NCBI GenBank assembly: GCA_028718745.1
Contig: JAQULF010000001.1
Coordinates: 111,078-175,077 of the forward strand
Direction: 5' to 3'
DNA length: 64,000 bases
Source of the DNA: Patescibacteria group bacterium
Lineage (GTDB): Bacteria; Patescibacteriota; JACPGU01
The position numbers and the translations under genes were made by a program. The notes beneath the pieces are model-generated. The model saw only the letters and a program-made list of their open reading frames with translations. It was not told where the DNA came from and made no database searches. This document shows, in pieces, positions 10,044 through 20,000 of the stretch. The first letter of the stretch is position 1; each line of letters starts with the position of its first letter.

Positions 10044-11408
10044 ATGAAGATTAAATTCATGGGTAGCACCAATCGTGTTACCGGCTCCTGTTTTTTATTT
10101 GAAGCCGAGGGCAAAAAGATATTAATCGACTGCGGTCTTTTTCAGGGAGACGCGGCAAGTCGTGGTAAAAACCACGAGCCCTTTGCTTTTGATGCCAAAC
10201 AAATTGATGCGGTGATTGCCACCCATTCTCATATTGATCACATCGGCCGAATTCCTAAGCTTTTTCGTTTTGGATTTGCCGGCAAGGTTTATTCAACCAA
10301 CCCCACTTATGACTTGGCCGAGATATTTTTGGAAGATACTTTGAAACTGATGAAAGGAGAAGTAAGAAGAAGGCCCGAGCATAAACTTATTTGGGATGAA
10401 GTTGATTTGAATAATGCGCTCAACTCGTGGGAAAGATTTGATTATCATCAACCCTTTGAAATTGGAAATGTTAAAATAGAATTTCTGGATGCGGGACATA
10501 TCTTGGGCTCGGCCATTATTAAAATAAATGCTGAAGGAAAAATAGTGATTTTTTCCGGCGACCTCGGCAATCCGCCTGTACCGATTATTGAAGATACGGA
10601 AACCGTCGTTAAGGCTGATTTCGTAGTTATGGAATCAACTTACGGCGACCGATTTCATGGATCAACCGAAGAAAGAGAAGCGGAATTAAAACAAGCGCTG
10701 GACAATATCTATGACCGACAGGGTGTTCTTTTGATCCCCGCTTTTGCCATGGAAAGAACGCAGGAATTATTGTATGAAATCAACACTCTGGTGGAAGCTC
10801 ATAGAATAGAAAATACCAGCGTTTTTTTGGATAGTCCCTTGGCAATTAAGGCCACTCAAATTTATTACAAATATCAAAATTATTTTGATAAGCCCGCGAG
10901 AGATGTTGTCAAAAGCGGAGACGATATCTTTGACTTCCGCGGACTGACTATAACCAGAACCGGGGAACAATCCCGAGAGATTTTCCGAGCCAAAAAACCC
11001 AAAGTAATTATTGCCGGTTCGGGCATGAGTACCGGAGGCCGGATTCTGGGCCATGAATTAAACTATCTGGACGATCCCAATAATATGATCCTTTTTATCG
11101 GATATCAGGTTCGAGGAACGCTGGGACGAAAAATTAAGGACGGAGAAAAGTTGGTTAGAATAATGGGACAAGAAGTGCAAGTGAATGCTGAAGTGAGAGA
11201 AATCACCGGTTATTCCGCCCACGCCGATCAGCCCAAACTTATCAACTGGTTAAAGAGGATGTGCGATATCGAAGCCGAAAAGCCTAAAAAAGTTTTTCTA
11301 ATTCACGGGGAACCGGAAGTTGAACAAATTCTGGATGAAAAAATAAAAGCTGATTTGAAGCTCAATGTGGTGGTGCCGGAAGAGAATGAGGAATTCGTAT
11401 TAGGATAG
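10044..11408 (+). CDS. MBL-fold beta-CASP ribonuclease
   Basis: THSHIDHIG, DAGHILGS, FSGDLG, MESTYG, GSGMSTGGRI and YSAHAD motifs. Confidence 0.93.
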   Translation: MKIKFMGSTNRVTGSCFLFEAEGKKILIDCGLFQGDAASRGKNHEPFAFDAKQIDAVIATHSHIDHIGRIPKLFRFGFAGKVYSTNPTYDLAEIFLEDTLKLMKGEVRRRPEHKLIWDEVDLNNALNSWERFDYHQPFEIGNVKIEFLDAGHILGSAIIKINAEGKIVIFSGDLGNPPVPIIEDTETVVKADFVVMESTYGDRFHGSTEEREAELKQALDNIYDRQGVLLIPAFAMERTQELLYEINTLVEAHRIENTSVFLDSPLAIKATQIYYKYQNYFDKPARDVVKSGDDIFDFRGLTITRTGEQSREIFRAKKPKVIIAGSGMSTGGRILGHELNYLDDPNNMILFIGYQVRGTLGRKIKDGEKLVRIMGQEVQVNAEVREITGYSAHADQPKLINWLKRMCDIEAEKPKKVFLIHGEPEVEQILDEKIKADLKLNVVVPEENEEFVLG

Positions 11409-11476
11409 GAATAAATGAATAAAGGATCAAATGAATGACCCTTCTAATCATTTATTCATATATTCATTTAATCATT
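11409..11476. repeat. Empty inverted octamer array (ATGAATAA family)
   Basis: GAATAAATGAATAAAGGATCAAATGAAT...AATCATTTATTCATATATTCATTTAATCATT. Confidence 0.75.
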
Positions 11477-11487
11477 ATTTACAAACC

Positions 11488-13749
11488 ATGATTTTTAAAC
11501 TAAAAAAACTCTTTTTTATCCTCTGCTTTTTTTTACTAATCACCCCCCTCTATCCTGCCAGGGCTGCTAATCTATCCCCCAAGGAATCTTTTTTAATTAA
11601 ATCAAATAATCCGGCAGCGACTGAAAAAATGTTCGGTGAATTGGAGATTGCTGATTTTAATAAATTAGAAGCGCTCAATGTTTATGAAGTAGAAACTACG
11701 CAAGAAGAAATAAACATTTTGGCCGAACAGTCCTCTACAATTTTTATAGAAAAAAATAATAAAGTAAAAATTTCCCAATTACCCAATGATCCCTATTATC
11801 AACTGCAAACCTACTTAACTAATTCTAATATCACCAGCGCCTGGGATATTTCCACCGGCTCTCCCAGCATCATCGCTGCCGTTATTGACACCGGGGTGGA
11901 TTACAATCACGAAGATTTGAAAAACAAAATGTGGAAAAATGCTAACGGTTATTTTGGCTATGATTTTGTGAATAGCGACAATGATCCTATGGATGATAAT
12001 CAGCATGGTACCGAGATAGCCGGCATTATCGCCGCCCAAAGCAATAATGGTATCGGAATGGCGGGGATAGCTAATGTTAAAATAATGGCCGTAAAAGCTG
12101 TGCCTTATACCGGAGAAGGAGATGTCATGGATTTAGCTCGGGGCATCACTTACGCAGCGGATAATGGAGCCAGAGTGGCTAATGTCAGCTTAGGTCTGGC
12201 CGAAGACAGCCAAGCATTGGATGACGCTATCACCTATGCCCGATCAAAAAACTGCCTTATTGTCGCTGCTACCGGCAACTTGAACCGAAACTTTATTGAT
12301 AATCCGGCCAGAAACCCCAATGCCGTGGGGGTCGGAGCCATTGATGAATCCGGCAACAAAGCCAGCTATTCAAATTATGGAGAGGGGATTTCTTTGGTAG
12401 CCTTGGGAAATCACATTTATTCGACTTCTTGGAATGAAAATAATGATTTAAATGCTTACCAATATGGCAATGGCACTTCTTTTGCCACACCTCAAGTAAC
12501 CGGTACGGTCGCTTTATTAGCCTCAAAAGATCCTTCTTTAACTTCTGATCAAATTAAAAAAAGATTGGTGGGAAGCGCCAAAAAGATAGCTGCCATGGGA
12601 GGGCTGAATTATATGGTTCAACTGGGCTATGGAAAGTTGGATGCTTATACTGCCCTAACCTACGACAAGTATCCGCCGGAATTAAATCTTAATTTGTATA
12701 AAAATGGGGGCGGAATTTATACTATAAAAGGAACTGTTTCCGATGATAAAAAGACAACCGATGTCTATCCCGATACGCCCGACAGCAATATCGCGCAGGT
12801 TCGATATCAAGTGGATGGCAATGGGGCGTGGACGACCCTAAATAATAATCCAATTCAACTAGTCACTCTTAACTCCAATACTTCTGCGCTTCCCGTTGGT
12901 GATCACGACATTTTAGTGGAAGCTACAGATACTGCCGGGAATAAAGCCAATTTGAATCTTAATACTCGCAATGCCACCCTTCTTCCCGTCGCTATTTCTA
13001 ATAAAATCGCTGACTACTCATATTCTTTTGTCGACCAAAGTCCTTATGTGAATACCACCGCCGGGCAAACTGTCAGTATGAGTTTGGCCGTGAAAAATAC
13101 CGGCGGTTCCGTTTGGGATAAAAATACTGTTCATCTTGGTACGGCTAATTCAAATGATCGGACTAGCATCTTTGCCAACCAGACCTGGCTGTCATCAAAT
13201 CGCATCGCTATGCAGGAAGACTCCGTAGCCGTAGGAGATATTGCCCACTTCAATTTTTCCATAACCGTTCCCGGTGGCGTCGTCGGAGATTTTAGCGAGC
13301 ATTTCAACCTAGTCGCTGACGGCATAGGTTGGATGAATGATGCGGGAATCTTCTGGAAAGTTTCAGTAGGCACACCCTCCTATCACGCGCAATTTGTCGA
13401 TCAAAGCCCTTATCCCGTTATCAATCAAGGAAGTACAATCCCAATGTGGGTTGATTTCAAAAACAGCGGATCGATTTCTTGGGATATCTCGACTGTAAAA
13501 CTTGGCACAAGTAATCCTCTTGATCGCAGCAGCATTTTTTACAATAGCTCTTCAGGCTCCGGCTGGAAATCGGCTAATCGGATAAGTATGGCTAAAAACA
13601 CTGTGGCTCCCGGAGAAACTGTCCGATTCAACTTTACTGCTCATGCCCCAAACACACCTGGCACTTATTATGAATACTTCCGCCCGGTTGCTGATGGGGT
13701 GAAATGGTTGGAAGATATTGGACTTTTTTGGAAGATAACTGTGAACTAG
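11488..13749 (+). CDS. Secreted S8 subtilisin-like peptidase with an Ig-like domain and two NBR1-like Ig modules
   Basis: Catalytic triad motifs AVIDTG, HGTEIAG and GTSFATP; signal peptide from ATG 11488 (the track start at 11431 lies in a repeat array); C-terminal QSPY..KNTG..W..VAPGE..F.F..AP modules. Confidence 0.9.
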   Translation: MIFKLKKLFFILCFFLLITPLYPARAANLSPKESFLIKSNNPAATEKMFGELEIADFNKLEALNVYEVETTQEEINILAEQSSTIFIEKNNKVKISQLPNDPYYQLQTYLTNSNITSAWDISTGSPSIIAAVIDTGVDYNHEDLKNKMWKNANGYFGYDFVNSDNDPMDDNQHGTEIAGIIAAQSNNGIGMAGIANVKIMAVKAVPYTGEGDVMDLARGITYAADNGARVANVSLGLAEDSQALDDAITYARSKNCLIVAATGNLNRNFIDNPARNPNAVGVGAIDESGNKASYSNYGEGISLVALGNHIYSTSWNENNDLNAYQYGNGTSFATPQVTGTVALLASKDPSLTSDQIKKRLVGSAKKIAAMGGLNYMVQLGYGKLDAYTALTYDKYPPELNLNLYKNGGGIYTIKGTVSDDKKTTDVYPDTPDSNIAQVRYQVDGNGAWTTLNNNPIQLVTLNSNTSALPVGDHDILVEATDTAGNKANLNLNTRNATLLPVAISNKIADYSYSFVDQSPYVNTTAGQTVSMSLAVKNTGGSVWDKNTVHLGTANSNDRTSIFANQTWLSSNRIAMQEDSVAVGDIAHFNFSITVPGGVVGDFSEHFNLVADGIGWMNDAGIFWKVSVGTPSYHAQFVDQSPYPVINQGSTIPMWVDFKNSGSISWDISTVKLGTSNPLDRSSIFYNSSSGSGWKSANRISMAKNTVAPGETVRFNFTAHAPNTPGTYYEYFRPVADGVKWLEDIGLFWKITVN

Positions 13750-13825
13750 AAAAGATTGAAATTATTTTGAATAAGTGCTACAATAAGCTTTGTTTTGCCA
13801 AAACCTTATCCGAAAAAAACAGGGG

Positions 13826-14077
13826 GTGGCTAAATTGGCAAGTAGAAAGGATTATCTGAAGAAAGAAGGCTTTTTGACAACGGGGCAACTGGCCATACTT
13901 ACAGATGTACCGAAAAAAACATTGAGAAGGTGGGCCAGAGAGGAAAGAATAACCCCCCACAAAGATGGCAGGGGATGGATGTACTGGACAACAGATACAG
14001 ATGTCGAAAAAGTCTATGAGATCAAAAAACTCCCCAGAAGAGGAAGGGGGAAAGCAAAGAGAGGTGATTTGCCTTGA
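13826..14077 (+). CDS. MerR/excisionase-like HTH DNA-binding protein
   Basis: LTTGQLAILTDVPKKTLRRWAREERITPHKDGRGWMYW; GTG 13826 preferred as start. Confidence 0.7.
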   Translation: MAKLASRKDYLKKEGFLTTGQLAILTDVPKKTLRRWAREERITPHKDGRGWMYWTTDTDVEKVYEIKKLPRRGRGKAKRGDLP

Positions 14078-14364
14078 AACACTATATGCTCCGAGCCGTC
14101 GCGCACTGCAAAGAAGGCTGCCATACCAAGGCCCGGCAGGGGGCCAAGAAAATAAATTCCTGCCAATCAGGAGTCGTTTCAACATAAACCTCGTGGCTAC
14201 TGAAATTGTAATTGAGCCACAGTCCAAAGGAGGTGAGACCAAGGGGACAGAAATCCCCCACAACCAGATGGCTCTCTCAAAAAAGTTATTAGAGTCACTT
14301 CCATGCAGCATTGAGAGAGTTGTCGAAACGATCCGTCTCCTTAGTCAGTCAGGGGGCGGATTTT

Positions 14365-15207
14365 TTATTTTCCTTTCGCCAGCACTATTCCCCAAACGCT
14401 TCTCGCCCCATTTAATTTTAATACTTTAGCGCACTCTTCCAAGGTTGTGCCGGTAGTAGTGATGTCGTCAACTAACAAAATATTTTTACCCCGTAGGGAA
14501 CAGCCATGGCTGTTCCTGATATTTGCATTATTCCCCACGAACACAAACACATCTTTCAAATTATTCAACCTTTGTTCTCGGTCCAATTCGGCTTGGGGAG
14601 TAGTATATTTTTTTCTAACCAAAATATGTTGGTTCAAAGCTCCTGCTTTGAACCTTAATGTACTTCTATACATTTTGATGATCTCCCTCGCCAAGATCTC
14701 CGCCTGATTAAACCCCCTCTGCCTCAATCTCTTTTTATGCAACGGCACCGAAATAACCAAATCGAATTCCGGAAAATCCGGAGGTCCGACCTGGGGGTAC
14801 TCCCACTGGTCGCACCTCGGGATTTTTGTGTTTTCTTGCTTTTTTGCTTTTTTGTTTTCTTGTCTTAACTTTCCCGCCATCATCTTCCCTAAAATATTTC
14901 CGATATCAAAAATGTAATTGTATTTAAAATGATGAATTACTTCCTTAAGAACTCCTTCTCCAAAATTAGCGCAAATGAAAATACCGTCTAGGGCGGGCGG
15001 GGAAACCCCGCCCCTACAAAAATGACAAAATTCACCGGCCTCACTCGGCCTCCGGCATTCCGGGCAAAAAGGCTGTTTAATAATGTCGATCGTCTTCAAA
15101 CATTCCCCGCAAATCCATTGCCCTTCTACCCCGCAACCCAGACAAGTACGAGGAAAGAGAAGATCAAAGACGAAGTTACGCGATAAAAAATAAAGTTTTT
15201 TCAGCAT
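14365..15207 (-). CDS. comF: ComF family protein (double zinc ribbon + PRT domain) with in-frame repeat inserts
   Basis: LLFPRTCLGC...CGEC...CPEC...CHFC, VPLHKKRLRQRGFNQAE, ILLVDDITTTGTT. Confidence 0.93.
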   Translation of the reverse strand: MLKKLYFLSRNFVFDLLFPRTCLGCGVEGQWICGECLKTIDIIKQPFCPECRRPSEAGEFCHFCRGGVSPPALDGIFICANFGEGVLKEVIHHFKYNYIFDIGNILGKMMAGKLRQENKKAKKQENTKIPRCDQWEYPQVGPPDFPEFDLVISVPLHKKRLRQRGFNQAEILAREIIKMYRSTLRFKAGALNQHILVRKKYTTPQAELDREQRLNNLKDVFVFVGNNANIRNSHGCSLRGKNILLVDDITTTGTTLEECAKVLKLNGARSVWGIVLAKGK

Positions 15208-15284
15208 GTTTTTATTTTAGCAAATAAATGTTGCATCCGAAATAATTTAGTCTATAATCATAACTATAATTAAAACAAAAACAA

Positions 15285-16199
15285 ATGGAGATAATTTCAT
15301 CGCTCCCCAGTTATGTTATCTGGATTATTGTAATTGTGGCTGCTGTTGTTTTCTATTTTATTTATAAGAAAAAAGATGAAGGTTTTAAGGGCTCGGCTCT
15401 GCTTTCTTTTGCCAGAGATCTCACGCAAGAGGCTAGCCTGAAAAAACTTGATCCGGTTATCGGCAGAAAGGATGAGATAGAGAGGGTGATCCAAATCCTT
15501 TCCCGAAGATCAAAAAATAATCCTATTTTAATTGGGAAGGCGGGAGTGGGCAAAACTGCAATAGTAGAGGGCTTGGCACAACGAATTGTTGATGGCTCCG
15601 TACCGGTAGAACTGCGCAGTAAAAAAGTTTTTGTTTTGGATATTTCAGAAATGGTATCCGGTACCAAATACAGAGGCGAATTTGAGCAAAGAATGAAAGC
15701 TTTAATGGCGGAAATTACCACAGCGAATAGAAACATTATTCTGTTTGTGGATGAAATTCATTTGCTAATCTCTGCCGGCGGAGCAGAAGGCGCCATCAAA
15801 GCCGAAGATATTTTTAAACCCGCTCTGGCCCGTGGAGATCTGCAAATGGTCGGAGCAACAACTTTAGGTGAGTTTGATAAATTTATCAAAAGCGATGTAA
15901 CGCTAGAGCGAAGATTCCAACCGGTTTATGTCGATGAGCCTAATGAAAAAGATACTAAAAAAATCTTGCTTGGTTCCAAAGCAAAATTTGAAAATTTTCA
16001 TAATGTGATAATTGAAGATAGCGCTATAGATGCAGCCATAAAACTTTCCAAATTATATATGAAAGACAGAAATTTCCCCGACAAAGCTATCGACCTTATA
16101 GACGAAGCTTGTTCCAAAGTGAAACTGGAAACGGTTGAGAAAAGGGAAGTAAAGCTAAAAAATCAAAGGTTACATCTGGGGATGTTCGGGCGATTATAA
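15285..16199 (+). CDS. Membrane-anchored ClpA/B-type single AAA+ (D1) ATPase; possible frameshift near 16140, true stop may be about 16226
   Basis: N-terminal TM then [55 protein letters not shown] and [12 protein letters not shown]. No N-domain and no D2. Confidence 0.85.
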   Translation: MEIISSLPSYVIWIIVIVAAVVFYFIYKKKDEGFKGSALLSFARDLTQEASLKKLDPVIGRKDEIERVIQILSRRSKNNPILIGKAGVGKTAIVEGLAQRIVDGSVPVELRSKKVFVLDISEMVSGTKYRGEFEQRMKALMAEITTANRNIILFVDEIHLLISAGGAEGAIKAEDIFKPALARGDLQMVGATTLGEFDKFIKSDVTLERRFQPVYVDEPNEKDTKKILLGSKAKFENFHNVIIEDSAIDAAIKLSKLYMKDRNFPDKAIDLIDEACSKVKLETVEKREVKLKNQRLHLGMFGRL

Positions 16200-16235
16200 A
16201 ATATTACAAAAGAGGCAGAAAATAGTTAAAACCTT

Positions 16236-17078
16236 ATGCTAAATGAACGGAGTAAATTAGCAATCTTTGAGGAACAAAAGATAAGGCGCTTTTGGGATGA
16301 TAAGAGAGAAAAATGGTACTTCTCTGTTGTAGATGTTGTGGCTTCCTTAACTATCCAATCCGAACACAAAAAAGCACAAAGTTATTGGACAACATTAAAA
16401 AATAGGTTAAAAGAGGAGGGAAGCGAGGTCGTCACAAAATGTGACCAACTGAGAATGCAGGCAACAGACGGAAAATTTTATCCAACTGACGCAGCTGATA
16501 CCGAAACATTATTTCGTTTGATCCAATCAATTCCTTCTCCAAAAGCCGAACCTTTCAAACTTTGGTTGGCTCGCGTTGGATATGAAAGAGTAGAAGAAGT
16601 GGAAGATCCTGAATTGGCAATTCAAAGAGCGCTCCGAACTTATCTGCAAAAAGGTTATTCAAAAGAATGGGTTGATCTTCGCCTCAAAAGCATTGAAATC
16701 AGAAAGGATCTGACCAATGAATGGCTTGAGCGAGGAATTACCAAGAATCAAGAATATGCGATATTAACCGACGATATTACTTTCGCTTGGGCGGGAATGA
16801 GAACAAAAGATTATAAAAAATATAAAGATTTAAAAAGAGACAATCTTCGTGATAATATGACCAACCTTGAATTGGTTCTTAACATGTTAGCGGAAACCGC
16901 AACAACCGAAATTTCAAAAAGTAAAAAACCAAAAACTTTTAACGAAAATAGAGAAATCGCTCATCAAGGCGGATCGGTCGCGGGAAATGCAAGGAAAGAA
17001 ATAGAAATTAAATCCGGCCAAAAAGTTATCTCGCCAAAAAACGCGAAAACATTAGGGATTAGAAAAAAATTATCTTGA
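16236..17078 (+). CDS. Bro-N domain DNA-binding protein
   Basis: IRRFWD..KWYFSVVDVV, LIQSIPSPKAEPFKLWLA, NLRDNMT.LEL; paralogue of 45170-46003. Confidence 0.85.
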   Translation: MLNERSKLAIFEEQKIRRFWDDKREKWYFSVVDVVASLTIQSEHKKAQSYWTTLKNRLKEEGSEVVTKCDQLRMQATDGKFYPTDAADTETLFRLIQSIPSPKAEPFKLWLARVGYERVEEVEDPELAIQRALRTYLQKGYSKEWVDLRLKSIEIRKDLTNEWLERGITKNQEYAILTDDITFAWAGMRTKDYKKYKDLKRDNLRDNMTNLELVLNMLAETATTEISKSKKPKTFNENREIAHQGGSVAGNARKEIEIKSGQKVISPKNAKTLGIRKKLS

Positions 17079-17136
17079 GTCATACTTATTTTAAAAATAA
17101 TAAAATGGAACTCCGATATTACATCGGAATAAAAAA

Positions 17137-18099
17137 ATGGCAAAACATAAAAAAACATTAACAAAGCTAAAAACCAAAATCTCAACTCGCACGGCTTTGC
17201 TTATCGCGCTGGGGCTAATAATTATCGGCGGAGCAGCATTCGGAATAGTTCCGTCATTGCTCGGACCAAGAATAACTTCATTTACTCCATCTTATGGCAT
17301 CGACGGTTCTATTTATTTGTCATGGTCGACAACCGGGATGAAAGATAACTCTTGCGGGATCTTTGTTGGCAACACCACGGTAACCGGGATATTAAAAGGG
17401 GTTGGGGGAAGACAATTAATTTACAGCAAGCCGACAAGCGGCATGATTACTGTAGTTTCTCCGATAAGCACTTCATATACTCTGGGCTGTCTTAAGCCGG
17501 ACGGAGTTACCTGGGTAAAACAGACTATAAATGTGGTTCCGCCTTATACATCACCGTATTCTTCTATAATTCCTTATATTCCTCCTTACACAACTACCTC
17601 GACCAATTACAATTATTCTTATGTTCTAGCCTCCAAAAGCCAGACAACACAATCACTTAAGAGAGGTGGCGTTGCTGTTGTAACTATGAAATTGCAGAAT
17701 ACTGGTAATGCCTCATGGGAAACAGCAGCAGCTGAAAGAGTGCAATATCCGTTAATTCAAGCGGCAATTATTCCTTCCTTATCTTCTCATGCTTATATGT
17801 TTTTGTTCAATTCCCTCATTTCCCTTTCCTGGGGAGAGCCTTTTAAATCTTTTTCAGATGTTAGCGGCGGTTTTACAAGTATGAGCTTGTCTGGTTATCA
17901 AACTAGATATGCCAATCCGGGTGGTGGAGAGGTTGATTTCTCTCTAGCCATCAAAGCTCCAGACAATATTGTGCCAGGGAGCTATAATGTCTGCTTTAAT
18001 TTAAAGGGATTAAGATTCGGGGATACTTCTAGTGATCCCAACACACCAGTTACCATAAATGGTTCTCCAGTCTGTTTTGATTTTAGTATTTCTTATTAG
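17137..18099 (+). CDS. Membrane-anchored Ser/Thr-rich surface protein with a C-terminal NBR1-like Ig module
   Basis: N-terminal TM; LQNTGNASW...NPGGGEVDFSLAIKAP...PGSY. Confidence 0.7.
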   Translation: MAKHKKTLTKLKTKISTRTALLIALGLIIIGGAAFGIVPSLLGPRITSFTPSYGIDGSIYLSWSTTGMKDNSCGIFVGNTTVTGILKGVGGRQLIYSKPTSGMITVVSPISTSYTLGCLKPDGVTWVKQTINVVPPYTSPYSSIIPYIPPYTTTSTNYNYSYVLASKSQTTQSLKRGGVAVVTMKLQNTGNASWETAAAERVQYPLIQAAIIPSLSSHAYMFLFNSLISLSWGEPFKSFSDVSGGFTSMSLSGYQTRYANPGGGEVDFSLAIKAPDNIVPGSYNVCFNLKGLRFGDTSSDPNTPVTINGSPVCFDFSISY

Positions 18100-18132
18100 A
18101 CTAGAATTATAAAGTAAAGCACTGATTATAAT

Positions 18133-19902
18133 TTACTGCTCCATTTCTTGAAATAATCTTTTTGCTTCTTGCAAATTCGATTTTAGCTGAACGGCCTTTT
18201 CCAGGGCCGTTTTTGCTTGTTCTTTTTGCCCGATACCAATCAGATATTTGGCTTCTTCTAAATAAATAATCGGATTGCTGGGATCGAGTTCGATAGCTCT
18301 ATTATAAGCATCGATAGTTTTACTTTGCGCTTCTTTATCTTCCGGTTTGGTTGAATAAACTATGGCCAGAATCCGATAGCTTTCCGAATGTTTATTGCAT
18401 TCCTTAATAGTTCTTTCGGCCGAATTTAACGCCATATCATATTGGCCGGCAGACAACTGCTGCATCGCCAGCATTCCCCAATAGCGATCGATGTGAGAAT
18501 TATATTTTGTTGCGTTTTCATAATCGCCTTGAGCAGAATATACGGTTGCCAGATAAACTCTGCTCCAATAGAAATAAAAAAGGGCAACTATTAAAATCGA
18601 AAGAACAATAATAATCGTCGCTAACCATTTTTTGAAATTTAACTTGAGCTGTTTAACTTTGCCGTCTTGCAACGCTAGGATCATTCCAACCGCTAGCCAA
18701 AAATAAAGCGCCGTGGTAACCACGGAAAATCCCCCCAGATTAGCAACAAAGACGCCCAGCAATGATAACCCAACCGCAATCAAAAGCAGATCTTTCTTTT
18801 TGGAAAACAAAGTATATTTTAGCGCAAAAAATACCATTGCAAGATAAGCGAGCAAAGAGAAAATTCCGGTATTGGCGAGTATGTCGAGAAGTTCATTATG
18901 CGAGCGGTCAAAGAAGGGCGACCATTGGTCATTCATATTTATCTTAGGATCGCGATATTTAGGGAAGGAATACATAAGCGTTTCCGGACCGGTTCCCACA
19001 AGAGTATGGTCTCGGGCAATTTGTAGTGTGCCTTTCCAGGCAAAATAGCGCAGAGCAAAAGTGCCGTTGGTTTGCTCTTGTCCGTTAATAACCTCTCTAA
19101 AAAGTTGGAGATTAACCCTGCTTGATATTTGGGCGCGAAAATAAAAACCGATAATGGCTAGAAAAATCAATCCCGCTAAAAGCACTTTTTTATTTTTCCA
19201 AATAAATTTTTTGCCTAAAACAATTAAAGCAACTATGATTAAAACCACAAAAGCGAACCAAGCGGCGCGCGAAGCAGTTAAGACCAGAGCCAAGATGTTA
19301 ACCAGTAATAAGGCTGCGATCAAAATTTTATAAAAAACTTTTTTCTCTTTTATTAAAAAATAAATGTTGATGGGCAGAACAAAAACCAAATAAGCACCGA
19401 CAAAGTTTGGCTGTCCGAGCGTTGAAACCAACCTCGCGCTCCAGTTGCCCAGGTTATATATTTGGTATATTCCATAAAGAGAAACAAAGGCGCTGGAAAG
19501 CAGAATTGAATAAAGCATATCCTTAATCACTTCTTTCTCGCCGTGAAAAGTTTCTACAAAAATAAGAAGTAATAAGATATAAGAAAAAAGAGACAATACC
19601 CCACCGTTATAGCGCCACGAATTGCCAATAAGACTGGTATAAGGATGGATCGAAAAAGCCAATGAAATCAGGTTGAATAAAAAAAATAGCAAAATCAAAA
19701 CGGCCAATTTATTTTTTATCAAAGAAATCTTTTTCTCCGCCAAAACTTTCCAAACCCAAAAGATAAAAATCAAACCCGTGAAAAAATAAACCAAGGTAAT
19801 CTTGTTGGTTTCAAAGGGCTCTTCCGGCAACATCACCAAAAAAATCGGCGTCAAAAAGACCAGAAAAATGTAGAGGTTTTTGATAATATTCTTTATTCGC
19901 AT
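18133..19902 (-). CDS. O-antigen ligase/oligosaccharyltransferase-family membrane protein with C-terminal TPRs
   Basis: STLGQPNFVGAY, TASRAAW, R...WKG, GTGPET and RSHNELL motifs, many TMs, TPR-like AIELDPSNP. Confidence 0.85.
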   Translation of the reverse strand: MRIKNIIKNLYIFLVFLTPIFLVMLPEEPFETNKITLVYFFTGLIFIFWVWKVLAEKKISLIKNKLAVLILLFFLFNLISLAFSIHPYTSLIGNSWRYNGGVLSLFSYILLLLIFVETFHGEKEVIKDMLYSILLSSAFVSLYGIYQIYNLGNWSARLVSTLGQPNFVGAYLVFVLPINIYFLIKEKKVFYKILIAALLLVNILALVLTASRAAWFAFVVLIIVALIVLGKKFIWKNKKVLLAGLIFLAIIGFYFRAQISSRVNLQLFREVINGQEQTNGTFALRYFAWKGTLQIARDHTLVGTGPETLMYSFPKYRDPKINMNDQWSPFFDRSHNELLDILANTGIFSLLAYLAMVFFALKYTLFSKKKDLLLIAVGLSLLGVFVANLGGFSVVTTALYFWLAVGMILALQDGKVKQLKLNFKKWLATIIIVLSILIVALFYFYWSRVYLATVYSAQGDYENATKYNSHIDRYWGMLAMQQLSAGQYDMALNSAERTIKECNKHSESYRILAIVYSTKPEDKEAQSKTIDAYNRAIELDPSNPIIYLEEAKYLIGIGQKEQAKTALEKAVQLKSNLQEAKRLFQEMEQ

Positions 19903-19937
19903 GAGAATAGTATAGGATATTTTAGGACAAAAAAACA

Positions 19938-19960
19938 GAGGCCGCGCTTCGCGCGGCCTC
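19938..19960 (-). terminator. Intrinsic terminator
   Basis: GAGGCCGCG-CTTCG-CGCGGCCTC followed by a T-run on the minus strand. Confidence 0.7.
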
Positions 19961-20000
19961 GTGAGATTCGTTCATTGAATTTGCTGAAGTTGAAACTGGA

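Noticed and set aside
13778-14429. Overlapping ORFs 13778-14311 (-) and 13965-14429 (+)
   Set aside because: No recognisable motifs; they overlap the HTH gene and comF and cross a terminator-like hairpin near 14331-14370. A short peptide here cannot be excluded.
13790-17078. Prophage suggested by HTH, Bro-N and lysozyme genes
   Set aside because: No integrase, terminase, capsid or tail genes; these genes are scattered among host genes.
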